Assembly: GCF_006345805.1 (NCBI RefSeq)
Contig: NC_043005.1
Location: forward strand, 79,484,001 to 79,548,000
Direction of reading: 5' to 3'
DNA: 64,000 nucleotides
Source of the DNA: Octopus sinensis
Taxonomy: Eukaryota
Shown one piece after another: positions 25,925 to 39,662 of the stretch (its first letter is position 1; each line of letters begins with the position of its first letter). The notes beneath the pieces were generated by a model that worked only from the letters and a program-made list of their open reading frames with translations, ran no database searches and was not told the DNA's origin. The position numbers and the translations under genes are program-made.

Positions 25925-26627
25925 TAGTATATTTTTATACCGAGCGCAGCTCTGTGTGCCTTGGGTATGTGCTGTGATTTGTTGTGATGCTCTGATGGTT
26001 ACTGTATGGAAATTGTTCTGTGTAGGATGTGTGCAGTGCCTAGTAGTGCAATTTTCTGTATGTTATATGTGTTTGTAAGTCCTGGTGTTTTTGTTATATA
26101 TTTGTCTGAATATTTTTTTATCATGCCTAATGCACCTATTATGGTAGGAATTGTTTCTGTATTTACATTCCACATTCTGGTAACCTCTATTTCCAGGTCT
26201 TTGTATTTTGAAAGTTTCTCCATTTCTTTTAGAGACACGTTGTCATCTGCTGGTATTGATACATCAATTAGAAAGCATTTTTTTCTTCATGATCTCTGAC
26301 AACTATATCTGGTCTGTTGGCCTTAATTTCTCTATCTGTGTGTATTGGCATATCCCAGAGTATGGTTGCTTTCTCGTTTTCTGTGACCTTTTCTGGTGTG
26401 TGCCTATACCATCTTTTTTCTGTTGTTATTTCATAATGTTGGCATAGCTTCAAGTGTATATAGGTCCCAATTCTGTCGTGTCAGTTAATATATTCCTTCT
26501 TAGCCAGGACTGGGCAGCCAGAGATAATATGATTTATTGTTTCTTGTCCATCTCCACATATTCTGCAGTTACTTGTTATCTTTCTTTTTATTACATGTTT
26601 TTGGTAATTTCTGGTGGGGAGGCTTTG
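25922..26627 (-). mobile_element. R4/Dong-like site-specific non-LTR retrotransposon, 3' end (CCHC knuckle + RLE endonuclease)
   Basis: CRICGDGQETINHIISGC; ILWDMPIHTDREIKANRPDIVV; IDVSIP..KEMEKLSKYKDLEIEVTRMW..IPTIIGALG; 3' UTR ends in (AAT)n. Confidence 0.9.
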
Positions 26628-26652
26628 GTATTATTATTATTATTATTATTAT

Positions 26653-27200
26653 TGAATGAGAAAGCAGTGCATGTAATCAAAGTGACACTTGGGTAAAGTA
26701 TACGAAGCCCAGTACACCCGTCGTTACAAACCGTCTGATATGGGTGCCACAAGCATATGCATCACAACCAAATGTGCACGACATGGTGATCTCATATCAA
26801 AATAGAGAGCACATGACCTTGCAGGTGGGGCCCAGTTAGAATTTTCATCTGGTCGAGTAGCTCATACTGCACAAAAAGTCACTAATTAAGAATTGTTTAA
26901 GGATGTTGAACAAACCACCCATGTTTCCAAAGGGGAATTATTCAAACCTCCAAGAATTCCTTTCAACACGCGGCTATGATGCTCCCCCACTACTTCTGAT
27001 TGTAATCAGAGATGCACATATCATCAGCCACTAAGAGACATGCTCAACTGATTAAGGTCAAACAACTGACAATCAAATTTATGGTATTGATCAGAATATT
27101 TGCTGTAGCCCATCTTTTAACACCAAGACAAAACATTGTACATGATAACACTTCCAATCAGTTAAGTTCAGAAGCCATGAGAACCACTGTCTGGTACAGC

Positions 27201-27201
<1 letters not shown>
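26653..27201 (-). mobile_element. Family D element, copy 2, in (TAA)n
   Basis: Same ends as 19069-19625 to within ~8 nt; (TTA)n on both flanks. Confidence 0.85.
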
Positions 27202-27259
<58 letters not shown>

Positions 27260-27381
27260 CATTATACATTTATACATACATATATATTATAAAATATATA
27301 TATGTGTATATATATATATATGTGTATGCGAGTGTGTGTGTTTACGCATCTATGTATATACATATATGTGTGTATGTATGC

Positions 27382-27460
<79 letters not shown>

Positions 27461-27475
27461 TATACATTTATATAT

Positions 27476-27542
<67 letters not shown>

Positions 27543-27545
<3 letters not shown>

Positions 27546-27681
27546 GCGCAGAAGTGGCTGTGTGGTAAGAGTCTTGCTTCCCAACCAAATGGTTCCGGCA
27601 GGTGTCTTCTACTATAGCTTCGGGCCGACCAATGCCTTGTGAGTGGATTTGGTAAACGGAAACTGAAAGAAGCCTACAATG

Positions 27682-27718
<37 letters not shown>

Positions 27719-27923
27719 TTGTGTCTGTGTTTGTCCCCCGACTATTGCTTGACATCGATGTTGGCTTGTTTATGTCTTTGTAATATAGGATTTCGTCAAA
27801 AGAGGCGATAGAATATGTACTAAGCGTACAAAGAATAAATCCTGGAATCTATTTGTTCGACTAAAGTCGGTGCTCCATCATGGCCGCACTCAAATCACTG
27901 AAACAAGTAAAATAATAAAAGAA
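27543..27923 (+). mobile_element. SINE family A
   Basis: gtggctgtgtggtaag head, internal (CA)(TA)n, catggccgcactcaaatcactgaaacaag tail. Confidence 0.88.
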
Positions 27924-27950
27924 CAGACACACACGCACGCACACACTCAA

Positions 27951-27992
<42 letters not shown>

Positions 27993-28588
27993 GATATTTT
28001 GCACAGACATACAAGCATAGTGTGTGGGAATTCCGTGTATTCATTCAAATTGGCGAAAGATATTTTCGGAATTCTTCTGCTCTATAAGTACACAGACGCA
28101 TACACACCTGCGTAACTTGTCACTTCTGCCTATCAGGCATTTATATCTTTTATTCTTTGGTTTCTTACGAATTAAATGTTTTAAAATATTTAGAGAGTGC
28201 CACTTGTACCGCTCAATGCTTTGTTGCTATAAAACTTGATGCGTTAGTTGCCTTGCCGGTTTTTTTTTTATTTAAAATATTTTCTCAAGTGCAATCTAAA
28301 ACTCGAAATAACTTTGAATTATAAACAGACAGTGAAGTTTTAGTTTATCGACGTTGTTACATTAGTTTACTTCTGCGAGTATGGATTGCTATATTTCGCG
28401 TAATTTCTTCGACCGTTCTGTCACATTGAAGATGTCATAAAATTGGGACAGTCGTGAGCCTCCATTCACATACACACAGGAATGTTCTCTACGGAAGTGT
28501 TGTTGACAAATCGCGTATAACTGTGTACTACGACAGAAGGAGAGAGGTCAATCCTTGGGCATACTAAATAGAGAGTCAGCAGCTAACG

Positions 28589-28653
<65 letters not shown>

Positions 28654-28658
<5 letters not shown>

Positions 28659-28764
28659 GTAAATATAATACGTGACAATTATTCGGTATCTATGACTACG
28701 AGTTTCATATGTCAGAGTTTTATCATGGCTAGCGAATAATTGTCACATATTACATTTACAGATA
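28654..28764. repeat. 32-bp inverted repeat (2 mismatches) with 47-bp spacer, between (TA)n tracts
   Basis: tatctgtaaatataatacgtgacaattattcg / cgaataattgtcacatattacatttacagata. Confidence 0.9.
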
Positions 28765-28821
28765 AAGTCCTCTATTTACATTATATCGAGGTCTCTTTCA
28801 TTATTTTGTTACCATTACTAT

Positions 28822-29849
<1,028 letters not shown>

Positions 29850-30177
29850 TCCCGTTTCGAATCCCGTTTAAAACATTACAATATGTATTTATTTAAATGA
29901 TTCTCACATCGTTAATTTTTTTTGCATTTGGATGAATCAGACGTAAGGGACATAGACAAATTGGAATAAATCATGGTGAATGGATGAAGTTTAAATAATA
30001 GACAGAGAACACCACTGGAAAATAGGAAAACGAAAAGAAGCAGCACATATGCTAGGACACAACAATCTCCTTAGCAGACCGAGTGCAGATATGAACAGCA
30101 TATGGGAACTGATATTAAGGAAGGATAGGAGAATATTAGATTTATAAGCTCTTAAAATTCGCTCCGTAATTGCCAAT

Positions 30178-30300
30178 GGGCATATGGTGTAGTGGTTAAG
30201 AGCGCGGGCTACTAACCCCAAGATTCCGAGTTCGATTCCAGGCAGTGACCTGAATAATAATAATAATAATAACATAATAATAATAACATAATAATAATAA
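30178..30300 (+). mobile_element. tRNA-derived SINE head plus (AAT)n (not a functional tRNA)
   Basis: TGGTGTAGTGG A box, GTTCGATTCC B box, loop CT-ACT-AA; anticodon and T stems mismatched. Confidence 0.65.
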
Positions 30301-30394
30301 GAAAGAATGAGAACCTTTACAAACGATATATCCGCCAAATATAAATAATGGACACTAGCTAAATTCAGACTAGATAGAAACGTGCATTCATTTC

Positions 30395-30602
30395 ATACTT
30401 TGGCACAAGACCTGCAGTTTCGGGGTAGGTGTTAAGTCGATTACACTGACTGCAGTGTCCAACTGGTATTTATTTTATCCACCCCCGAAATGATGAAAGG
30501 CAAAATCGATCTCCCCGGTATTTGAACTCCGGACGTAAAGACGGATAAAATGCATCTAAGCCTTTGGCCCGGCACGGTTATGATTCTGCCAGCACGCCGC
30601 TT
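30395..30602 (-). mobile_element. SINE family B monomer
   Basis: Homology to other B copies. Confidence 0.8.
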
Positions 30603-32931
30603 CAAAATACGTATTCAAAATGGCATATGAAATGGTTTGGGCTCCAATCGAAACCTTATCGCTTTTCACACTTCGAATAAATCCAAGTCCACTCACAAGG
30701 AATTGGATGTATTCCAATTTGTATCTGTCCCCTACGTCCGATTCATACAAATGCAAACAATTTAAAAGACGTGAGAAACATTTAAATAAATGCATATAGT
30801 AATGTTTTAAACGGGATTCGAAACTGTGTCTCTGGGACTACTCGGTTATCGTTGATTCGATCTAACTCAGTGTAACTCACCAAGAGATAACCATCACTCT
30901 ACACCTCTGATTTAAACAAATGACAAAAATATCGAAAGCAGAAATCAAAAAAAAGCATTAAAGAAAATAATCAATTCAAACTAAAGAGAGAGAGAAAAAA
31001 AACATCATTTGAAATCTCCTCTTCAATTGCATCTGTTTAGAGCAGAACAACTAATAAGCGTTAGAGCAGATCGCTGCAATCTCATTCCATCCACTACTTT
31101 TAATGTGATTTTCAAAATCCTTTTATTACATGATACAATACATAAACACTATAGTGAATGAGGAAGAAACGCGGCAAAGAATTGTCTTTGAAACTGACTG
31201 CATCAGGGAACACAAAACGCTTGTTCATTTAATGACAGCTCTTGTGAAAGAATAGCAAAAATCTTCCATATTTTACAGCCTCTAAAGTTTTTGTCTTTCG
31301 TTTCGCCTCCCACCTCTTTATTCTTAACTAAAGATTAGCTATGGATGTTGTTTTGTGTATGTGTGTGTATTTGTGCGTTTGTTTGCTGTAATTTTTGTTT
31401 GTTTGGTTTTTACTTGCCTTTCTTTTATTATTATTATTACTTTTTCTTTCCCGTTTATTTTCTTTTAATTAAAGATGCAGGGAATTTATTTTTCGCGTTT
31501 TCTTTGAAATTCCAGCGCCAACAACCATGTGTTTATGTTAAAGAATTGCCTGAAAGACAAAGCGGAAGCAGGGACAAAGGATATCGGTTGCTGTAAGAGA
31601 AACGGTAACTGTAACATTAACAGTATGGCTGTCATTGACACTATCATTAGCAAATAGCCGGGTGGAGGAGAGAGGGAGAAGCTAACGGAAAGAAAGAAAG
31701 AAAGAAAGAAAGATGAAGGAGAGGCAGATAGGAGGAAGTTACTGATGGTGCAATAATAGATCGGTACTGCAGAATATTTCAACTGTCGGGAGAATGTAGT
31801 GGTCTAGTGATTTTTCAGTGGTTTAAAGTGTCGTTTTATCGCTTCATGTCTCTAGAAAATACAACTCATTTGATAGTCTTTTTCTTCGAACTAAAGGTAG
31901 TAAACTGATGATTATTTATTTTGTTTGAAAGCGTATTTTTTTTTCGCAAGTTATAAAACAAACAAAAACCAAAATGAAGAACAAAGAAAATAGCAATAAA
32001 TAAATAACAAAAAAAAACCAACAACGGCGAAGGAGTGAGGAAAGAAAAAAAAACCAACTATATTGCTGAATAGGGAAATAAAGGGCAAGAAAAATCTAGA
32101 AATAAAAAGAAGAGGCGGAATAAAAGAAGACGGGAAAGATTCGTCGTGGAACGGTGCCTCAACCACCATTTTCAAAGTTAATGTTCTGCTAATCCTAGTT
32201 TTATAACCCAATATTTGCATCAGAACACCAGCCTTAGACATGAAAATCAATCAATGAATAATTCTAAAAAGAACACTTCAAAGTTTGTTTCCGTATCGGA
32301 ATGTGATAGGAATCACAAGGCGGTATCCATTAACAAGACGAGACTTCCCTGCTCTATATATTTTTATTGTTATTATTTTCTTTTTATTAAACTACAAGCC
32401 GCTAAGCAGGTTGTAAGGTTGGCCGAACATTTCATTTATATTTTTGTTCGTTTTATTCATACGACCGTTTAGGCCTACTACAAGACTTGACAAAAAGGAT
32501 AACATTAAGTGTCAGCCGTTGACCTTAAGCAAACTATTAGACACTACAATATTTATTTATATTTCTGTATTGCAGGAGGCCTCTATTTCTTGCTTCATAA
32601 CTTTCCCCACTTGATAAGATTTGAACCCGGTACTGCAAGTCAATAGAGAACTCACCATATTCTTTATTTTCTTTTTACATTCTCTTTTACTTTTATTTAT
32701 TTTATACTTGCCGGTAATTCGTCAATTAATTAGCAACGGAATTAAAATCGTTTAGAATTTTAAATTACACTTAATTTCGTCACAAAGCATACTCGCACAC
32801 ACAAACATATACCTATGTACATATTCACTTACGCACGCACATAATCACTCTCTCTCTCACACACACACGCACACATGCATATATATGTGTGTGTGTGTGT
32901 ACAGACAGACATACATACATGTATACATACA

Positions 32932-32967
<36 letters not shown>

Positions 32968-32981
32968 TATTTATATGTACA

Positions 32982-33018
<37 letters not shown>

Positions 33019-33600
33019 GTATACACACCCACACACACACACATATATATATATATAGCCATGCTTAGATACATCCTTCGAGATTTTGGTTTACAGCCGA
33101 CAATGTTGAACCTAACACTATTTTTAAGCTACTCTTTATTTTATCGATTTTTATCTCATTGAATTTCAAAGTTATGTGACTTAAAGGGACATAGCATAAA
33201 CAAAATCAGTTTTAAATTAGTGTAAACAAAAAGAACATTCAGATATACGGATTGCTTAATCCGGGCTTATATAAGAACACACCAATCCACTTATATATAG
33301 CCGGAGTCCTTCATTCTTATTATATTCATTTCACGATCGGTAAAATTTGGGTTCAGTTTCCGTTGGCAACTGATCAACGCTAGAAGTTGTAACCATACCA
33401 GATTAATGGCGATCGCATTTCTCAAATGTACTTGAGTAGAAAGGATTATCGGCAAGATAAGGAATACTCTGAGCGCTATTCCACAAATTTTTCCAAGTTA
33501 TTCTAAAAGAAAGAGGAGAGGGGTCGAGTTCATCTGACACAACGGGCCACCGGGATTCGGATTTACGACATCGCGAGCATGAACCATATATCTTTAGCCA

Positions 33601-34947
33601 TTAAGCCATGCGCCTTCTCCCGAGAGTATCTACCGCAGTAAATAACTAGTACTTTATTTCATCTGGGGAGATGAATTTTAAAGCTGACAAACTAACTTCT
33701 GTTGTATTCGAACTCAGGTTGAAAAGAAACAGAATACGCAAAATTTCTTCCATCGCTGCAAGAGTTCTGTTCACTAGCTACCCCTAATTTTGACTAGTAC
33801 ACTAAACAATTACAAAATATCATACTTATATCGTAATGATAGCATTGTCCTTAAAGTTCTGTTTTTCTTTTGAAAGTCACCGAATAAAACGAAAATGTCT
33901 TATTTAAATTTATCTCTAAATATTTTCGGTATAAATATCCTTTTCTACTCTAGGTACAAGGCCTGAATTTTTTTTTTTGGGGGGGGAGCAGTCAAATAGA
34001 TCGAATCCAGTAGGCAACTGGTAATTAATTTATCGACCTGGAAAGGATGAAAGGCAAAGTCGACCTCAGCGGAATTTGAACTCAGAGCGTAACGGCAGAC
34101 GAAATACCTATTTCTTTACTACCCACAAGGCGCTAAACAAAGAGTGGACAAACAAGGACAGACAAACGGATTAAGTCTATTACATCGACCCCAGTGCGTA
34201 ACTGGTATTTATTTAATCGATCCCGAAAGGATGAAAGGCAAAGTCGACCTCGGCGGTATTTGAACTCAACGTAACGGCAGATGAAATACCTATTTCTTTA
34301 CTACCCACAAGGCGCTACAAGGACAAACAAGGACAGACAAACGGATTAAATCGATTACATCGACCCCAGTGGTACTTAATTTATCTACCCCGAAAGGCTG
34401 AAAGGCAAAGTCGACCTCGGCGGAATTTGAACTCAGAGCGTAACGGCAGACGAAATACGGCTACGCATTTCGCCCGGCGTGCTAACGTTTCTGCCAGCTC
34501 GCAGCCTTTTTTTTCGGTCTAAAGATCACCATCAAAAACTTTGATTTAATATTTTACTGTTACATCACGGCAAATGGGTAAGCAGGAAAGATGAAGAGAA
34601 GCTTTTTGAGCCGAAGGATCAAACGTATATACGACGTTTGTACCACAATGAAGAACTCAGTAACAGAAGAATGATGGTTGCACTTATTAACATTACACCG
34701 TGTTAAGCTATGCGCCTTCTCCCGAGAGTATCTACCGCAGTAAATAACTAGTACTTTATTTCATCTGAGAAGATGAATTTTAAAGCTGACAAACTAACTT
34801 CTGTTGTATTTGAACTCAGGTTGAAAAGAAACAGAATACGCAAAACTTCTTCCATCGCTGCAAGAGTTCTGTTCACTAGCTACCCCTAATGTTGACTAGT
34901 ACGCTAAACAATTACAAAATATCATACTTATATCGTAATGAAAGCAT
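33601..34947. repeat. ~245-bp local direct duplication (33601-33845 and 34703-34947)
   Basis: Near-identical blocks 1.1 kb apart. Confidence 0.92.
33940..34508 (-). mobile_element. SINE family B trimer
   Basis: Three units; junctions aaatacc|tatttctttac at ~34108 and ~34290. Confidence 0.9.
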
Positions 34948-35069
34948 AGGGGTACATATACCCCTATGTGTGAACTATTATTTCAATTTATATTTCCAAA
35001 TTTTCTTTAGAGGAGTATCAAAATGAATTACATAACATTAAAATGTTACATTTCATTTCTCTCTTTCAT

Positions 35070-35100
<31 letters not shown>

Positions 35101-35535
35101 ATTTCTCTTACTCTTTCTTTAAATCTTAGTATACTTCTGTATCTATCTGTTTCTCTGTCTCGTTAAACAGCTTTTTGTTAGTTGGGAAATAAATATACAA
35201 TGAAATACGACCCACTTGTATTCGTTAAACTAATAATGCTAATAAAACATTCCCCACATAACTTCGACAATAGATATATTTATTTTATGTGTTTATTTAT
35301 TGTAGATAGCATCATTTTACTTGTATATATGAAGGAAATATAATTTTCTTTAATTACATCAGTTATTTCTACGAGAAATCATCAATAAAAAACGATAACC
35401 ATCGAATGATTTCGACTTACTAAAAATATTAGTCACATCTACCTCAGTTCAAGGTCTTCTGCTCTTTATAAATTGGATTCAATTAGTCCATCGTAGTGGC
35501 CCTTATAAATGTAGAGACTTACATAACTGTATATC

Positions 35536-36028
35536 GTTATCGATGCTATGTCTTTTCGTCCGACGTCACTTCCGGATACATCTTTTCGTTCACGTCTTTC
35601 GGTCCGACGTCTTTTTGTCCGGGTTTTTTTTTGTCCAACGACAAATCTTAATAAAATTCTCAATGATTATTTGATTTTGATGCTCACCTTGTTTTCTAAA
35701 GTGTTTATTTAAAATTGGACAAAAAGTCGTTGGACAAAATAATCATCGGGCAAAAGACGTCGGACCAACAGACGTCGGATCAACAGACGTCGGACCAACA
35801 GACGTCGGAGCAAAAGACGTCGGAGCAAAAGACGTCGGACCAACAGACCTCGGACCAACAGACGTCGGACCAAAAGACGTCGGACCAAAAGACGTCGGAG
35901 CAAAAGACGCCGGACCAAAAGACGTCCAACCAAAAGACGTCGGACCAAAAGACGTCTTACTAAAAGACGTGGACGAGGTGATGTTGGACAAAGTGACATC
36001 GGACGAAAAGTCGGGTTGCGATCGTTAC
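35536..36028. mobile_element. Foldback/MITE-like element with imperfect TIRs and 15-bp sub-repeats
   Basis: Left cttttcgtccgacgtcact vs right agtgacatcggacgaaaag; ~15 tandem caaaagacgtcggac units at 35751-35975 and inverted units at 35552-35640. Confidence 0.8.
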
Positions 36029-36390
36029 CTTAAAGAGATACAACTGGTCATGTTAATTCTATAATGCTTTCTACTCTAAGCAAAGAATCTGAAATTTGCT
36101 GGATGAGTTATAATCGATTACTTCCACCCCAGTACTTTACTGGTATTTATTTAATCGATTCCGAAAGGATGAAAGGTAAACACCGGCCTCGGGGGAATTT
36201 GAACGTAAAATTGGAAGAAATTCCGTTAAGATTTGTTTTCTTTTTCATTCTTTTTTTTATACGTTGTGCTAATGCCAGGTCGACGTTACTAATTGCATAA
36301 TTAGGAAATTTCTTTTACTGTACAGTAATGCATTTAATTTTCATGTGGATATCAAAACAACTTTAAAAGAATTATTAGTCATTATAATAT

Positions 36391-36430
36391 AGTAGCAGAA
36401 AGACCGCCCACAGGGCGGTTTTCTACTAGT
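36391..36430 (+). other. Helitron-like terminal hairpin followed by CTAG
   Basis: ACCGCCC-aca-GGGCGGT-tttcta-CTAG-T. Confidence 0.45.
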
Positions 36431-37265
36431 CAGATCTGGAATGTGTGTGTGTTTATATCACAGAGACAATGTATGCGTTGATATTAGAGATAGTGTGTGT
36501 GTGTGTGTGTGAGTGTGAAAGAGAGAGAGGGAGAGAGAGATAAAGCAGTGAGAACGATGAATGAAATAAACATGAAATGAAACAAAATCGTATAAATAAA
36601 GTTCCTTAAAAACTATCGGCAAATTTTGGATTGAACCCTCAGAAATACCAAAATGACCAACTGATTTTGTTCGTTAGCTTCCGTAAAATGTTTTTATTTA
36701 TCTGCTTTTGTTTTAAAGTGAAAGAGAGGAGAAAGTGTGTGACTGACTACAATTACATAGAGCTGAACACGGTGCGCAAAAGTTAAATTTAAAAAAAATT
36801 ACGGAATTCAATGAAGTCTGCAGGTTCAAGCGAAAGAATATCAAAATATCCTGTACAAAATATTCAAATTTGTGAACTTCAAATATTTAATAATAGAAAG
36901 TAGTTCAGAAAGTAAGTTTTCCTGAAAACTTCAATTTATAAAAAATCTCACTTAGTAAATATTTCTTCCAGTAATTTATCGTAGTTGTAATATATCTGTA
37001 ATTGAAAGAAACTTCACGGTAACCATAGTACTTCAGTGTGCTAGAAATAGCAGCGATCACATAGTTATTATTGTAAGTTTTATAGCGTTTCAAACAGCCA
37101 TACCAACAAAATCACTTCGTAATTTTTTTTTCTAAATTATACCGGTATACTACATCATGCAAGCCTCAAAATTATACAGCTATTTGTGTGATAGCATTCA
37201 TCCAATAAATGAGTTTTTTTTTTATATAATATGTATATAGAACAAACTGTGGATTTTGCAAATAG

Positions 37266-37579
37266 AAAAAAACATCGCCCTTTTCAAGCCTAGCCAGGCT
37301 CATGGGTCAGGTTTCCCGGTTTCTGTGGTGTATGTGTTCCCCTCAGCTGGACAGAACGCCAGTCCATCGTAGCGTTACTCAAGAAACAAGAAGAGAGTGT
37401 GAGAAAAAGCTGTGGCGAAAGAGTACAACAGGGGTCGCCACCAACCCCTGCCGGAGTCTCGTAGAGCTTTTAGGTGTTTCCACTCAATAAACACACACAA
37501 CGCCCGGTCTGGGAATCGAAATCGCGATCTTCCGACCGCGAGTCCGCTGCCCCTAACCACTGAGTCATTGCGCCTCCGC
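37266..37579 (-). mobile_element. SINE family C, tail type i, with 13-bp TSD
   Basis: TSD attttgcaaatag at 37253-37265 and 37580-37592. Confidence 0.92.
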
Positions 37580-37704
37580 ATTTTGCAAATAGCGAATTAA
37601 AACTTGAAAACATTGAAATGAACATGTGGCGGACTCTACAAGAGAGAAAGGGAAATAAACGAAAGTTACGTTCTCGCCTTTGCTATAGAATGTTCTGCGA
37701 TATG

Positions 37705-37800
37705 TCGCAACTTCCGGTAGGATTGCCGACAGATGGCAATACCACCGGGCGCTATAAAATGCAATGTACCGCGCAATTCTCCTTCTTTGCCTCGTTCTCT
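37705..37800 (+). promoter_or_regulatory. Possible core promoter (ETS site, E-box, TATA)
   Basis: ACTTCCGG 37710-37717, CAGATG 37730-37735, TATAAAA 37753-37759 in CpG-retaining unique sequence. Confidence 0.25.
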
Positions 37801-38223
37801 CAGGCACTTTCTCTCTTGTACTTGGCTTTTCACCTGTCTCCTTGACACTTAACTTTTGAGGTCACACACAACTAAAGGAAACCTTACATGCCGGCTTCCT
37901 CACTAAAAATACATGTTAAATTATCATTAATGAAAATAGAGGCGAGAGAGAGAGAAAATTTTGCAAATGCAAACGGAAAATTCGCCTGCAACAAGTTAAT
38001 ATTCCTTATTAAATTTATTGTGCAGTGAATGCAACGAATATTTAAATTAGAGAAAAACTGCTAGTTCAAATATTCAATAAACTTCAGAATTCGAAATTAC
38101 AGGAAATTTTTTGGAACATGAATTCATAAAAAAAAATCCAAAGGGTCAAGACTTTAATAATTGCTTTCTTTTAGTAACAGTTGCATAACTAATGAATAAG
38201 CAGTTTTCCCCATTGTGCTACAG

Positions 38224-38420
38224 AAGGCGGCGTGTTGGCAGATTCGTTTGTACGCCGGACAAATGACTATTGATATTGTATCCTCCTTTACGTTCTAAAT
38301 TCAAATTGTACTGTCATTGATTTTATGTTTCCTTCTTTGGGGGTCGACAAAATAAGTACCAAGTAGCGCCCTTCCAACCCCACAAATTTTAGGCCTTTTG
38401 CCTATAGTAGAAAAGATTAT
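38224..38420 (+). mobile_element. SINE family B monomer, degenerate
   Basis: aaggcggcgtgttggcaga head; ttggggtcgacaaaataagtacc. Confidence 0.75.
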
Positions 38421-39193
38421 TCGTTATACTTTTCGGTTGTGACATTTCTTAGAACAACATTAATAGCAGGGTGATGTTGTTGATATAGATGGTGATGAAG
38501 CTCTAACCCATATCCTTGATCAAGAAATTGTATGGGTCAAAGGTATCCAAGCTATGACCATCTCGTCCCAATGTGATATATACTTTAGTCCTGTCCGTAT
38601 AATTCAATGTCTCCTACTTTGAGATGTTAGAGCTTTGATTGAGGAATGCTCGACTGTTTGTTCTTCTTTAGCTTGTCTTACATACTCCTATATATATACA
38701 AAAAACGTTTTGAAATGTATGCACTTAAACATAAAGCCATATGTTCTATCAAAGAGATTTTAAATGGAATCTCTGTGACGTCTTTCATGTGTATATTACT
38801 GTTATATCGAACGTTTTTGTCTTCATAGAGACGTAATTGCGCCTGCTGCATTTACTTTTGTCTTGTATAAGACATATTAATAAAAAAGCGTGGGCCAACG
38901 TGATGCAGACAATGAACATATCCACTCTTCTCATAATATCTTCAATTTCATTATATTTCGTATGTTCCCCCGAATAAACAGCTTATATATATCTTAGGAA
39001 TATTTTGTCACTTCTAGAAAATTGCTATAATTTGGCAAACACGAACAAAATTATTTGCACATCTTACGATATGTACAGCTGCTGCAGTTCTAGCTGATCT
39101 TATAGTGTTTGGTATTGAACACAGCCTTGATCCTGATCAAGCAGTAGAATGATTTCAAATATTCTAGGCGTGATTACTTGACTATTTAAGTGT

Positions 39194-39497
39194 TTGTTCC
39201 TTCTCAAGCCATGCCTGGCTCATAAGGGCCGGTTTACCTGTTTCATTGGCGTATAGGTGCCCCAGCTGGACGGGATGCTGGTCCGTCGCAGGTGAGCTGG
39301 AAGATGAAGGACGAAAGATTGAAGGAAAATTGTGGTGAAATAGTCAGCAGAAGTTCACCATTACCATCTGCTGGAGCCATGTGGCGCACAGGTGTTTCGC
39401 ACATATATATACACACATCGCCGAGTCTAAGACTCGAACCCGCGATCCCTCGACCGCGAGTCCGCTACTCTAACCAATAGGCCATGTGCCTCCACTG
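39194..39497 (-). mobile_element. SINE C-related element (tail type i variant) with 9-bp TSD
   Basis: TSD tttaagtgt at 39185-39193 and 39498-39506; head tggaggcacatggcctattggtt. Confidence 0.85.
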
Positions 39498-39662
39498 TTT
39501 AAGTGTATTTTAGGACTGAAATATCTCAGGTGTTGTTTTCAGTTTAATTGTTTTCAGTTTCTCGTTGCTATTTCTAGTAATGCGATCGACCACGTAGATG
39601 CCGTTATTCACTTAAACAGTTATGTCTTACCAATAATATGTGGTTAATCAGAGTAATAGATT

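Larger units (their letters stand above)
29854..30824. mobile_element. Non-autonomous DNA-transposon-like element with ~57-bp TIRs and nested SINE pieces
   Basis: gtttcgaatcccgtttaaaacattac..atttatttaaatg.ttctcac at 29854-29910 is inverted at 30768-30824. Confidence 0.7.

Noticed and set aside
35709-35999. (QKTSD)n / (PTSFG)n repeat proteins or a CRISPR-like array
   Set aside because: 15-bp tandem units with no spacers are open in several frames because of their period, and they lie inside an inverted-repeat element.
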